32,000 nucleotides of DNA. It comes from Candidatus Saccharimonadota bacterium (GTDB lineage: Bacteria; Pseudomonadota; Gammaproteobacteria; Enterobacterales; Enterobacteriaceae). The translations under genes were made by a program, and so were the position numbers. The notes beneath the pieces were generated by a model. The model saw nothing but the letters and a program-made list of their open reading frames with translations. It did not search any database and had not been told where the DNA came from. Of this stretch, positions 9,289-19,555 are shown one piece after another (positions within the stretch are counted from its first letter, which is position 1; the number at the start of each line of letters is the position of its first letter). The stretch lies in NCBI RefSeq assembly GCF_004296515.1, contig NZ_AP018160.1:1-32000 (forward strand), given 5' to 3'.

Positions 9289-10578
9289 TTAAATAATTAT
9301 TTTTTTAAATGTATCAAAATAATCAGGAAAAGTTTTATTGACACATTTATAATTATTTATTGTTATATTAACTCCTGACAAAGGAATTAAAGAAAAACAC
9401 ATTGCTATTCTATGATCATTATATGTATTTATATATGCACTTTTAAATTTAATAGGAGGAATTATTGATATATAATCTTTACCTTCTATAATTTCAGCAC
9501 CTATTTTTTTCAATTCATTTGACATTGCATTTAATCTATCAGATTCTTTTACTCTCCAATTATATATATTTCTTATTATAGATTTATTTTTATTATTTAC
9601 AAATAGAGATACTATTGCTATAGTCATTGCTACATCTGGTATATCATTTGCATCTATATCTATTGAAAATAGTTTATTACTACTACTTTCTATAAAATTA
9701 TCTCCCCATATTATGTTTGCTCCCATATTTTCTAAAATGTTAGCAAATTTTATATCTCCTTGAATACTATTTTTATTTATACCTATTACTTTTACTGGAC
9801 CATTTTTTATAGCACCTGCTGCTAAAAAATATGATGCAGATGATGCATCTCCTTCTATATAAATTTCTTTAGGTGATATATATTTTCTATTACCTTCTAT
9901 GTAGAAAAATTTATAATTGTTGTTATATATTTTTATACCAAATTTTTTCATAATATTTAAAGTAATATCAATATATGGTTTAGATACTAAATTATCTTCT
10001 ATAATAATAGAAGTATTTTTTTTAGCTAAAGGAGCCATCATTAATATAGAACTTAAAAACTGACTAGATATATTTCCATTTAATGTTATATTTCCACCTA
10101 TATATCCTCCAAATAATTCTACTGGAGGATATTTATCTTTAATTATATATTTTATTTTTGCTCCTCCACTTCTTAATGCATCAACTAAATGATTTATGGG
10201 TCTTTCTTTCATTCTATCATCACCTATTAATTTTATGTTACTTTTAACTAAAGATAACATAGATAATAAAGGTCTTATTACTGTACCAGCATTTCCTATG
10301 AATAATTCTATTTTTTTATTATTTAATAAATTTATATTAAATCCTTCTATTTCATAAGAATTTAATTTATTTTTAATTTTATTTATTTTTATTCCTAATG
10401 ATTTTAAAGAAATTATCATATAATTAACATCATCACATTTTGGTATATTATGTAATATAATCTTACCCATAGAAAAAGAAGATAATAATAAAACTCTATT
10501 TGATATACTTTTAGATCCAGGAATGACAACTTCACCTTTAACACTATTTATTGAATTTATATTGATATTATCTTTCAT
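9289..10578 (-). CDS. aroA: 3-phosphoshikimate 1-carboxyvinyltransferase (EPSP synthase)
   Basis: 429 aa. Matching blocks are PGSKSISNRVLLL, LFIGNAGTVIRPL, VKESDRL and DHRIAMCF. An AAGGA Shine-Dalgarno lies 5 nt upstream of the ATG. Confidence 0.93.
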   Translation of the reverse strand: MKDNININSINSVKGEVVIPGSKSISNRVLLLSSFSMGKIILHNIPKCDDVNYMIISLKSLGIKINKIKNKLNSYEIEGFNINLLNNKKIELFIGNAGTVIRPLLSMLSLVKSNIKLIGDDRMKERPINHLVDALRSGGAKIKYIIKDKYPPVELFGGYIGGNITLNGNISSQFLSSILMMAPLAKKNTSIIIEDNLVSKPYIDITLNIMKKFGIKIYNNNYKFFYIEGNRKYISPKEIYIEGDASSASYFLAAGAIKNGPVKVIGINKNSIQGDIKFANILENMGANIIWGDNFIESSSNKLFSIDIDANDIPDVAMTIAIVSLFVNNKNKSIIRNIYNWRVKESDRLNAMSNELKKIGAEIIEGKDYISIIPPIKFKSAYINTYNDHRIAMCFSLIPLSGVNITINNYKCVNKTFPDYFDTFKKIII

Positions 10579-10583
10579 AAAGT

Positions 10584-10588
10584 TCCTT
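10584..10588 (-). promoter_or_regulatory. Shine-Dalgarno (AAGGA) for aroA
   Basis: Plus-strand TCCTT is AAGGA on the minus strand, 5 nt upstream of the aroA ATG (10576-10578). G-containing purine runs are rare in these spacers. Confidence 0.5.
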
Positions 10589-10701
10589 AAATTAATTTAT
10601 TTAATACTTAAATTTATAAATTTTAATATATTATATATTTAATATTATCATTAAATTAATTAATTTAATATAAAAATATTTTAATGTAAATTAATTTATT
10701 A

Positions 10702-11970
10702 TTATAATCTATCTTTCATATATGGAAGTAATATTTTTGGTATTTTTATATTCATATCTTTTTCTTGATAATTTTCTATTAATGCAGCCATTGTTCTTCC
10801 AATAGCTAAACCTGATCCATTTAATATATGAATTAAATTAATTTTATTATCTAATGTTTTATATCTAGCTAATATTCTTCTTGATTGAAAATCACTTGTA
10901 TTAGAACATGATGATACTTCTATATATTTATTTTCATATGGAAACCAAACTTCTAAATCATATGTTTTACATGAACTAAATGATGTATTATTAGCAGATA
11001 ATAATACTTTTCTATAGTGTAAATTTAATAATTGTAATATATATTCAGCATTATTAGTTAAAGATTCTAAACTATTAAATGAATCATTTGGTTTTACAAA
11101 TTGAACCATTTCTACTTTATCAAATTGGTGTAATCTTATTAATCCTTTAGAATTACTTCCATATGAACCAACTTCTGATCTAAAACAAGAACTATTAGAA
11201 ACAAATTTTATAGGTAATTTATTTTCATTTAAAATAGTATTTCTCATAATATTAACTAATGGAACTTCAGATGTTGGAATAAGAGCATGTGTTAATTTAT
11301 TATTATTAAAATTATTTAAATAAAATAAATCTTTTTTAAATTTAGGTAATTGTCCTGATCCATATAATGATTCATTATTTACTATTAAAGGAACATATAT
11401 TTCTTCATAACCATGATTTTTAATATGTATATCTAACATAAATTGAGATAATGCTCTATATATTCTTGAAAAATTATTTTTCATAATTATAAATTTTTTT
11501 CCAGATATTTTAGATGAAGAATTAAAATCTATATAATTATTTAATTTTCCTATAGTTATATAACTTTTTATGTTAAAATTAAATTTTCTTTTTTCTCCCC
11601 AATAATATACATCTATATTTTTAGAATTTTTACCAGATGGAACATCATTAGATAATATGTTAGGTATTTCATATAAAATATTATTTATTTCGTAATTTAA
11701 ATTTTTTATTTTTTCTTTTAATAAATTAATTTTAATATTTATATTATTTATATTTTTATATAAATTATTTATATTACTATTATTTTTATATAAATATAAT
11801 AATTTTGATAATTTATTTTTATTAAAAATAGAATTATTTAATTTAAATTTTAATTTTTTTCTTTCATCATCTATTTTACTTAAATATTTTATATTTATAT
11901 TACATCCTCTATTTTTAAATTTATTTATATATAAATAAATATTTTTTTTTATTAGTTTTAAATCTATCAT
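10702..11970 (-). CDS. serS: seryl-tRNA synthetase
   Basis: 422 aa. It has an N-terminal coiled-coil-like arm, then class II core blocks TSEVPL, CFRSEVGSYG, HQFDKVE and GSGLAIGRT. Confidence 0.9.
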   Translation of the reverse strand: MIDLKLIKKNIYLYINKFKNRGCNINIKYLSKIDDERKKLKFKLNNSIFNKNKLSKLLYLYKNNSNINNLYKNINNINIKINLLKEKIKNLNYEINNILYEIPNILSNDVPSGKNSKNIDVYYWGEKRKFNFNIKSYITIGKLNNYIDFNSSSKISGKKFIIMKNNFSRIYRALSQFMLDIHIKNHGYEEIYVPLIVNNESLYGSGQLPKFKKDLFYLNNFNNNKLTHALIPTSEVPLVNIMRNTILNENKLPIKFVSNSSCFRSEVGSYGSNSKGLIRLHQFDKVEMVQFVKPNDSFNSLESLTNNAEYILQLLNLHYRKVLLSANNTSFSSCKTYDLEVWFPYENKYIEVSSCSNTSDFQSRRILARYKTLDNKINLIHILNGSGLAIGRTMAALIENYQEKDMNIKIPKILLPYMKDRL

Positions 11971-12109
11971 ATTTATAAATTAGATTTAATATATTTATTA
12001 ATGTATTATATATTATAAATAATATTTATTATTATAAATATATTAATTTAATATATTTATTATTATTATATTATTTTGTATTAATTTAATAAAATACTAA
12101 AATTAAATT

Positions 12110-12328
12110 ATGAATAAAAAAAATATTTCAGAATTTTATGGTGTAGTTATAAATACATTACCTAATACAATGTTTAAAGTAAAATTAAATAACGGAAATA
12201 TAATTATTGCTTATATATCTGGAAAAATAAGAAAAAATTATATAAAAATATTAAATGGAGATAAAGTTATTGTAGAATTAACTCCATATGATTTAAAAAA
12301 AGGTAGAATAATTTTTAGAAGTAAATAA
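12110..12328 (+). CDS. infA: translation initiation factor IF-1
   Basis: 72 aa. Blocks [47 protein letters not shown] are nearly collinear and near-identical to E. coli IF1. Confidence 0.95.
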   Translation: MNKKNISEFYGVVINTLPNTMFKVKLNNGNIIIAYISGKIRKNYIKILNGDKVIVELTPYDLKKGRIIFRSK

Positions 12329-12338
12329 ATTATATAAA

Positions 12339-13268
12339 ATGATAAATCATATTCCTGTAATGTTAGATGAAGTAATAGAAAATTTAAATATAATAAAAGA
12401 TGGAATATATATAGATTGTACATTTGGTTGTGGTGGTCATTCTATGGGTATACTTAAAAAATTAGGTAAAAATGGTAAATTAATATCTATAGATAAAGAT
12501 ATAGAATCTAAAACGTTTTCAAATAAAATAACTGATAATAGATTTATATTTATAAATGATAATTTTTCAAATATTAATAAATATTTATTAAATTTTAATC
12601 TTGTTGGAAAAATAAATGGAATTTTATTAGATTTAGGTTTATCCAGAAATCAAATATCTGATTCTACTAGAGGATTTTCATTTTTAAATAATGGACCACT
12701 AGACATGAGAATGAATAAAACTAAAGGATTAAAAGCGTATGATTTTATAAATAATGAATCTGAACAAGTAATATATAATGTTTTAAAAAAATTTGGAGAA
12801 GATAAAAATAGTAAAAAAATAGCTAGAAATATAATTATAAATAGAAATAAAAAAAAAATATTAAAAACATTTGATTTAAAAAAAATAATTTTAAATTCAT
12901 CTAATAATATAAAATCATTAGCTAGATGTTTTCAAGCAATAAGAATTTATATAAATAATGAAATTAAAGAGCTTAATTGTATATTAAATTTAGTACCAAA
13001 TATTTTATGTTTTAATGGAATATTATCTATAATAACATTTCATTCTATAGAAGATAAAATTGTTAAAAATTTCTTTAAAATATCTAATGAAGAACATATT
13101 TTTTTAAATAAAATTCCTATTACAAATATAGAATATATAAATATTAAAAATAAATTAATAAAAATGATAGAAATTAATAAGATTAAACCTTCTTTAAATG
13201 AAATTAAAAATAATAATTCTTCTAGAAGTGCAATATTAAGAGTATTCAAAAAAATAAATAAATTTTAA
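12339..13268 (+). CDS. rsmH: 16S rRNA (cytosine1402-N4)-methyltransferase RsmH/MraW
   Basis: 309 aa. The N-terminus HIPVMLDEV...YIDCTFGCGGHS matches RsmH, as do LLDLGLS, FSFLNNGPLDMRM and ITFHSIEDKIVK. It occupies the first position of the dcw cluster. Confidence 0.92.
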   Translation: MINHIPVMLDEVIENLNIIKDGIYIDCTFGCGGHSMGILKKLGKNGKLISIDKDIESKTFSNKITDNRFIFINDNFSNINKYLLNFNLVGKINGILLDLGLSRNQISDSTRGFSFLNNGPLDMRMNKTKGLKAYDFINNESEQVIYNVLKKFGEDKNSKKIARNIIINRNKKKILKTFDLKKIILNSSNNIKSLARCFQAIRIYINNEIKELNCILNLVPNILCFNGILSIITFHSIEDKIVKNFFKISNEEHIFLNKIPITNIEYINIKNKLIKMIEINKIKPSLNEIKNNNSSRSAILRVFKKINKF

Positions 13269-13271
13269 AAT

Positions 13272-14747
13272 ATGATTTTAAATTATTTATTAAAGCCTTG
13301 GATAACTAAAAATGTACCTAATATAAATATATTAAATTTAACATTAAATAGCAAAAATATTAAAAATAATAGTTTATTTTTTTCTATAAATGGATATTTA
13401 GAAAAAGGAAGTAAATATATACAAGAATCAATAAATAATGGATCTATAGCTATAATAATTGAAACAGAAAATATATATGAACATGGAAAAATAATTAATA
13501 ATAAAATTCCTATAATATTTTTTTATAAATTAAAAATATTTATTTCAGAAATATCAGGAAGATTTTATAATAATCCATCTAATAAATTAAATCTTATTGG
13601 AATAACAGGAACTAATGGTAAAACTACAGTATCATATATTTCTTCTCAATTAATTAATTTAATAAATAAATACAATAAAAGTGCTATTATTGGAACTTTA
13701 GGTAATGGTATAATACCAAATTTAATAGAAACTAAAAATACTACAGATTCTCCTATTGATTTACAAGAAACTTTGTATAAATTTTATAAAAATAATATTG
13801 ATACAGTATTTTTAGAAGTATCTTCTCATAGTATATTACAAAATAGAATAAAAAATTTAAAATTTAAATATACAGTATTTACAAATATATCACATGAACA
13901 TCTAGATTTTCATAAAAATATGTTTTCTTATAAAAAATCTAAATATAAACTATTTAATGAATATAAAGTTATTAATTCCATAATAAATGTAGATAATAAA
14001 TTTGGAAAGAAAATATCTAATAAAATAAAATGTACATCAGTGTCTTTATTTAAGAAAATATATATTAAATGTAGATCTATATATGTAAATATAAAAAAAA
14101 TAAAATTCATTAAATATAAAAGTTACTTAGAAATTATAATAAATAATATAAAATATAATATATTATTAAATTTTATAGGATATTTTAATGTAAATAATTT
14201 TATTATATCTTTAGTAACACTTATTGAATTAGGATATAAAGTTAATGATATAATTAAAGTTAGTTCATTAATAAATTTACCGCCAGGAAGAATGGAAATA
14301 ATAAAATTTAATAAAATAGATATAATTATAGATTATGCTCATACTCCTGATGCAATAATTAATATATTATTAACAATAAGAAAAATATGTATTGGAAAAA
14401 TATGGTGTATATTTGGATGTGGTGGTAATAAAGATAAACTTAAAAGACCAATAATGGGTAAATTGGCTTATAAATATTCAGATTATGTAATATTAACAAG
14501 TGATAATACAAAAAACGAAAATATAAATGATATTATAAATGATATTATTAAGTATATTAATTATAAAAATAATATAAATATTATTATTGATAGAGAAAAA
14601 GCTATAAAATTTTCAATATGTAATTCTAATAAATATGATATAATATTAATTTTAGGAAAAGGTCATGAAAAATTTCAAATTATAGGTAATGATTTATTTA
14701 ATTTTTCTGATAAGGAAATAGTTTTAAAATTAATAAATAAATTATAA
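13272..14747 (+). CDS. murE: UDP-N-acetylmuramoyl-L-alanyl-D-glutamate--2,6-diaminopimelate ligase
   Basis: 491 aa. The N-terminus LLKPWI parallels E. coli LLAPWV. The Mur ligase P-loop is GITGTNGKTT. DYAHTPDA and TSDNTKNE (E. coli TDDNPRTE) are present. The dcw position also fits. Confidence 0.9.
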   Translation: MILNYLLKPWITKNVPNINILNLTLNSKNIKNNSLFFSINGYLEKGSKYIQESINNGSIAIIIETENIYEHGKIINNKIPIIFFYKLKIFISEISGRFYNNPSNKLNLIGITGTNGKTTVSYISSQLINLINKYNKSAIIGTLGNGIIPNLIETKNTTDSPIDLQETLYKFYKNNIDTVFLEVSSHSILQNRIKNLKFKYTVFTNISHEHLDFHKNMFSYKKSKYKLFNEYKVINSIINVDNKFGKKISNKIKCTSVSLFKKIYIKCRSIYVNIKKIKFIKYKSYLEIIINNIKYNILLNFIGYFNVNNFIISLVTLIELGYKVNDIIKVSSLINLPPGRMEIIKFNKIDIIIDYAHTPDAIINILLTIRKICIGKIWCIFGCGGNKDKLKRPIMGKLAYKYSDYVILTSDNTKNENINDIINDIIKYINYKNNINIIIDREKAIKFSICNSNKYDIILILGKGHEKFQIIGNDLFNFSDKEIVLKLINKL

Positions 14748-16121
14748 ATGATTAATTGTACATTAAAAGAAATAAGTAATATTGTAAATGGTAAATTAAT
14801 AGGAAAAAATAAAATAATAAATTTTATATCTATAAATTCAAAAAATATAAAAAATAAATGTTTATTTATAGCATTTAAAGGTATCAATTTTGATTCTCAT
14901 ATTTTTGTTGAAGATTCTATAAAAAATGGAGCTATAGCAATATTAGTGTCAAAATATTTTGTTAATATATCTATTCCTCAAATAATAGTAAATAACGTTA
15001 ATAATTCTTTTTTTTCTATAGCAAAATTTATAAGAAAAAAATCTAATTCTTATATTATAGCTATAACTGGTTCATGTGGTAAAACTTCTATTAAAGAAAT
15101 GACATTTTGTATATTAAAAAATATAAGAAAAAGTTATTTAACTAATAAAAATGAAAATAATATAATTGGTATAAGTTTAACATTATGTAATATAGAATAT
15201 TATAATATGTTTGTTATATTAGAAGTAGGAACAGATGGATTAAATCAAATAAATAATTTAATTGACATAATAGAACCAAATATAGTTTTAATAAGTAATT
15301 TATTTATATCTCATTTTTCAAAATTAAATAATTATTATAATTTAATACGTGCAAAAGGAGAAATATTAGAAAAATTATCTTTATGTAATAGAGTTATTTT
15401 AAATTTCGATAGTAATAATTGGAATTATTGGAAATTTATATCTTTTAATAAAATACCTTTATTTTTTTCTTTAAATAAATTAAATAATGTTGATTTTTAT
15501 TCAGAAAATATAATTACATATAATTTTAAATCTAGTTTTATATTAAATAGTCCAATAGGTAAAATAAAAATAAATTTAAATGTACCTGGAATTAATAATA
15601 TATATAATTCAATTGCGGCTTCTGCTATATCTATATTATTAGGTTCAAATCTTAATAATATACAAAAATCTTTATTTAAATTTAAATCAATAAATAATAG
15701 ATTAAAACCTATATTTATAAGTAAAAATAAAATAATATTAGATGATACATATAATGCAAATTTAGGATCATTTATATCTTCATCTAATTTATTATCTAAT
15801 ATTAATGGATATAAAGTTATTATTATAGCTGATATCCTAGAATTAGGAAATGCAGAAGTTTTTTTACATAAAAGAATGGGTAAAATTATAAATAATTTAA
15901 ATATAGATAAAGTATTAAGTATTGGTAAATTATCATATTATATTACTTTAAATTGTAAAGGTGAACATTTTTATAATATAAATAATTTAATTGAAAGAAT
16001 AGTTTTTCTAATAAAAAAATATAATAATATTGTAATTTTAATTAAAGGATCTAGAAAAAATAGACTTGATGAATTAATAAAAATATTAATAAATAAAAAA
16101 AATGATAACATTATTAATTAA
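14748..16121 (+). CDS. murF: UDP-N-acetylmuramoyl-tripeptide--D-alanyl-D-alanine ligase
   Basis: 457 aa. The N-terminus MI.CTLKEISNIVNGKL parallels E. coli MISVTLSQLTDILNGEL. The P-loop is ITGSCGKTS, followed by DDTYNAN and IKGSR. The ATG directly abuts the murE stop. Confidence 0.9.
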   Translation: MINCTLKEISNIVNGKLIGKNKIINFISINSKNIKNKCLFIAFKGINFDSHIFVEDSIKNGAIAILVSKYFVNISIPQIIVNNVNNSFFSIAKFIRKKSNSYIIAITGSCGKTSIKEMTFCILKNIRKSYLTNKNENNIIGISLTLCNIEYYNMFVILEVGTDGLNQINNLIDIIEPNIVLISNLFISHFSKLNNYYNLIRAKGEILEKLSLCNRVILNFDSNNWNYWKFISFNKIPLFFSLNKLNNVDFYSENIITYNFKSSFILNSPIGKIKINLNVPGINNIYNSIAASAISILLGSNLNNIQKSLFKFKSINNRLKPIFISKNKIILDDTYNANLGSFISSSNLLSNINGYKVIIIADILELGNAEVFLHKRMGKIINNLNIDKVLSIGKLSYYITLNCKGEHFYNINNLIERIVFLIKKYNNIVILIKGSRKNRLDELIKILINKKNDNIIN

Positions 16122-17167
16122 AGAATTTAATTTTAAATTTTTTAATATTTTATTAAAATCTATATTTAGTTTTTTTACATCTTTTCTTTTTTTTTTTTAT
16201 TATTTATTATAAATGTATATACTTATTTAAAAAATTTAATTTAAAACAAAAGAATAGATTAAATTCATTTCATGTTGAAAAATGTAATACATTTACAATG
16301 GGTGGATTAATTATATTATTATCTAGTTTATTATCAATAATACTTTGGTCAGATATATATAATATATATACATTATATTTTATAATATTTTTAATTTCTT
16401 ATGGAATTATAGGATTTATTGATGATTATATAAAAATATATAATAAATATTATTGTGGTTTTAAAATACTAGAAAAATATTTTATACAATCAATATTAAC
16501 ATTAATATTAATACTTTTTTTATATAAAACAGAAAACATTTTATTTATAGATAGAATATTTATTCCTTTTTTAAAAAAAAAAAATATTTATATAAATAAA
16601 TTTATTTATTTTTTATTAAGATATTTTACATTAATGGGTGCTATAAATTCTGTTAATATAACTGATGGATTAGATGGATTAGCTATTATATCTATTATTT
16701 TATCTTTATCAACATCAATAATTATTTCCATTATTTATAGTAATGAAATTTTATCTAATATTTTTAATACACTTTATATTAAAAATGCATATGAAATTAT
16801 TAATTTATCTTCGGCAATTATAGGATCTTCATTAGGATTTTTATGGTTTAATTCATATCCATCTTATATATTTATGGGAGATACAGGATCATTATCATTA
16901 GGTGGAATATTAGGATTAATTTTTATATTATTAAATAGTGAATTATTATTAATATTATCAGGTGGAATATTTGTTATAGAATTATTATCAATAATATTAC
17001 AAATAATTAGTTATAAAATTTTTAAAAAAAGAATATATTTAATGGCTCCTATACACCATCATTATGAAATAAAAGGAGTTCATGAATCAAAAATTGTTTT
17101 TAGATTTTCTATAATATCATTTATATTTAACTTATTATGTTTATTAATTATTTTTATTAGAAAGTAA
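16102..17167 (+). CDS. mraY: phospho-N-acetylmuramoyl-pentapeptide transferase, interrupted by a frameshift in a T12 tract
   Basis: The ORF-track entry 16298-17167 starts at the MGG that corresponds to about residue 74 of E. coli MraY. It carries VNITDGLDGLA, MGDTGSLSLGG and APIHHHYE. Its frame stays open back to 16157 and encodes ...KFNLKQKNRLNSFHVEKCNTFTMGG (E. coli [27 protein letters not shown]). The missing N-terminus (MITLLIKEFNFKFF...SIFSFFTSFLFFF) is in the adjacent frame, from the ATG at 16102 to the TAA at 16210-16212. The two frames overlap at T12 (16187-16198). Confidence 0.85.
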
Positions 17168-17170
17168 ATT

Positions 17171-18496
17171 ATGTTTAAAAATAAAAATATATTTATAATA
17201 GGATCTGGAATAACAGGAATTTCTTGTATTAATTATTTATTAAAAAAGGAATGTAATTTAACATTAATAGATACTAGATTAAATCCTCCTAATTTAAATT
17301 TAATTCCTGATAATATAAACACATTTTTTGGTAAAAATGTAAATTTTAATATGTTATTAAAATCAGATTTAGTTGTAATAAGTCCTGGATTTGATTATAA
17401 ATTAATAAATAATAATATATTAAATAAAATCAATATAACTAGTGATATAGAATTATTTTGTAAAGAAAAACCTAAATCTAAAATAATTGCTATAACCGGA
17501 ACTAATGGCAAAAGTACTGTATCTACTTTAATATTTAAAATTTTAAAAAATAATAATTATTTAGTTTACTTGGGTGGTAATATAGGTAATCCTGTACTAA
17601 ATTCTTTAAATATAGATTATGATTTTTATGTATTTGAATTATCTAGTTTTCAACTTGAAATTTTAAATAACTTAAAATCTTTCTCATCATCTATATTAAA
17701 TATAGGTTTTGATCATTTAGATAGACATATAAATATTAAAAATTATATAAATAGTAAATTAAAAATATTTAATAATTCTTATTATTGTGTAATTAATATT
17801 GATGATAATTTATCATATCCTAATAAAATTAATTTGAATTCTAAATATGAATTTTTTGGAATAAATAGTGGAAATTATCATTTAAAATTTATTAAAGATA
17901 AAATATATTTGATGTATAAAAATGATTTAATTATTGATAGTTCTAAATTAAAAATATTTGGAATACATAATTATATTAATGTATTATCTTCATTATCTTG
18001 TATAAAATATATAAATTTAAATTTTAATAAAGTAATAAATACTATAAAAAAGTTTAAACCATTAAATCATAGATTAAATTTAATATTAAATATAAATAAT
18101 ATAACTTGGATAAATGATTCAAAATCTACAAATATATCAAGTACTATTTCTGCTATAAATAGTATAAAATTTTATAGTACTATACATTTAATAATTGGTG
18201 GATATAGAAAAAATATAGATTTTAATTTATTAAAATCTTTTTTAAAAAATAAAAATATAAAAATTTATTGTTTTGGAATAGATGGTAAATATATAAGTAA
18301 TTTATTTAATAAAAAATCTATTTATTATTATGATTTAGAATCTATTGTATATGAAATATATAATAAAGTAAAAATTAATGATGTAGTTCTTTTTTCTCCA
18401 GCTTGTTCTAGTATTGATAATTATAATAATTATATTGATAGAGGAAATCATTTTATTAAAATTGTAAATAAATTATATAAAATAAATGATAACTAA
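17171..18496 (+). CDS. murD: UDP-N-acetylmuramoylalanine--D-glutamate ligase
   Basis: 441 aa. It has an N-terminal Rossmann-like IIGSGITG, the P-loop ITGTNGKST, and NDSKSTN (E. coli DSKATN). It overlaps the murG start by 11 nt. Confidence 0.9.
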   Translation: MFKNKNIFIIGSGITGISCINYLLKKECNLTLIDTRLNPPNLNLIPDNINTFFGKNVNFNMLLKSDLVVISPGFDYKLINNNILNKINITSDIELFCKEKPKSKIIAITGTNGKSTVSTLIFKILKNNNYLVYLGGNIGNPVLNSLNIDYDFYVFELSSFQLEILNNLKSFSSSILNIGFDHLDRHINIKNYINSKLKIFNNSYYCVINIDDNLSYPNKINLNSKYEFFGINSGNYHLKFIKDKIYLMYKNDLIIDSSKLKIFGIHNYINVLSSLSCIKYINLNFNKVINTIKKFKPLNHRLNLILNINNITWINDSKSTNISSTISAINSIKFYSTIHLIIGGYRKNIDFNLLKSFLKNKNIKIYCFGIDGKYISNLFNKKSIYYYDLESIVYEIYNKVKINDVVLFSPACSSIDNYNNYIDRGNHFIKIVNKLYKINDN

Positions 18497-19550
18497 AAAA
18501 AATATAATTATTGCTACTGGTGGAACAGGGGGGCATGTAATATCTGGAATATGTATATCAAATTATTTAATTTATTTAAAAAATAATGTAACTTGGGTTG
18601 GTTCTAAAAATAGAATGGAATCATATTTAATTTCAGATAATAATATAAATATAGATTATATAAGCATATTAAATATTAATACTAAATCTTTTTTTGATAA
18701 AATTAAATTTTATTATTCTTTATTAAAATCTATTTATGAATCTTGTAAAATAATATCTTATAGAAAACCAGATATTATTATAGGAATGGGTGGGTATATA
18801 TCTATACCTGTATGTATAGCAGGATGGATAAAAAACATACCTATAATAATACATGAACAAAATTGTAAAATTGGATTATCAAATAAAATTTTATACTTTA
18901 TATCAAAAAAATTTTTATCTGGATTTAATTTAAAAAATAAAAATTATATATATGTCGGAAATCCTGTAAGAAAAAATATTATTAATATATCTAAACCAGA
19001 AATAAGATTAAAAAATAGAAAAGGTCCTATAAGAATATTGATACTGGGTGGAAGTCAAGGATCATATTTTATAAATAAAAATATTCCATTAGTAATTAAA
19101 AAATTAAATAATGTTTTAATTTGGCACATATGTGGAAAAAATAATTATAATTTTGTGTTTGATATATACAATAAATTATTATGTTATAATAAAGTTTATT
19201 TAATTAATGATTTTATTTTAGATATATATAAAGCATATTATTGGTCTGATTTAATAATTTGTAGGTCAGGTGCTTTAACTATTAGTGAAATATTATGTGT
19301 AGGTTTACCATCTATAATTATTCCATTTATTGGAAAAGATAAACATCAGTATTATAATTCTTTATTTTTAGATAAAATTGGTGTTACTAAAATTTTTAAT
19401 GAAAATGAATTTGATATAGATTTAATTTATAATTATATTTCTAATTTAGATAGAAATAAATTATTAGAATTATCTATAAGATGTAGAAAATATTATAATT
19501 TTAATTCTATAGAAAATATAATAAAAGAAATTTATAATTTATTTATTTAA
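18486..19550 (+). CDS. murG: UDP-GlcNAc:undecaprenyl-PP-MurNAc-pentapeptide GlcNAc transferase
   Basis: 354 aa. Matching blocks are TGGTGGHV, IIHEQN and CRSGALTISE. The dcw position fits. Confidence 0.9.
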   Translation: MITKKNIIIATGGTGGHVISGICISNYLIYLKNNVTWVGSKNRMESYLISDNNINIDYISILNINTKSFFDKIKFYYSLLKSIYESCKIISYRKPDIIIGMGGYISIPVCIAGWIKNIPIIIHEQNCKIGLSNKILYFISKKFLSGFNLKNKNYIYVGNPVRKNIINISKPEIRLKNRKGPIRILILGGSQGSYFINKNIPLVIKKLNNVLIWHICGKNNYNFVFDIYNKLLCYNKVYLINDFILDIYKAYYWSDLIICRSGALTISEILCVGLPSIIIPFIGKDKHQYYNSLFLDKIGVTKIFNENEFDIDLIYNYISNLDRNKLLELSIRCRKYYNFNSIENIIKEIYNLFI

Positions 19551-19555
19551 TAAAA

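Noticed and set aside
12076-12103. Sigma-70-like promoter for infA (TTGTAT-N16-TAAAAT), which would imply a near-leaderless mRNA.
   Set aside because: TATAAT-like hexamers are everywhere at this composition. A single TTG-containing -35-like hexamer is not enough without TSS data.
12238-14887. Four short minus-strand ORFs (12238-12423, 13040-13249, 13928-14110, 14675-14887).
   Set aside because: All are antisense to infA, rsmH, murE or murF. They are 60-70 codons long, which is within chance expectation at this base composition.
16122-16297. The apparent 176-nt spacer between murF and the ORF-track mraY, considered as an internal dcw promoter region.
   Set aside because: Translation in two adjacent frames reproduces the N-terminal 70 or so residues of MraY. 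The region is therefore coding sequence with a frameshift, not a spacer.
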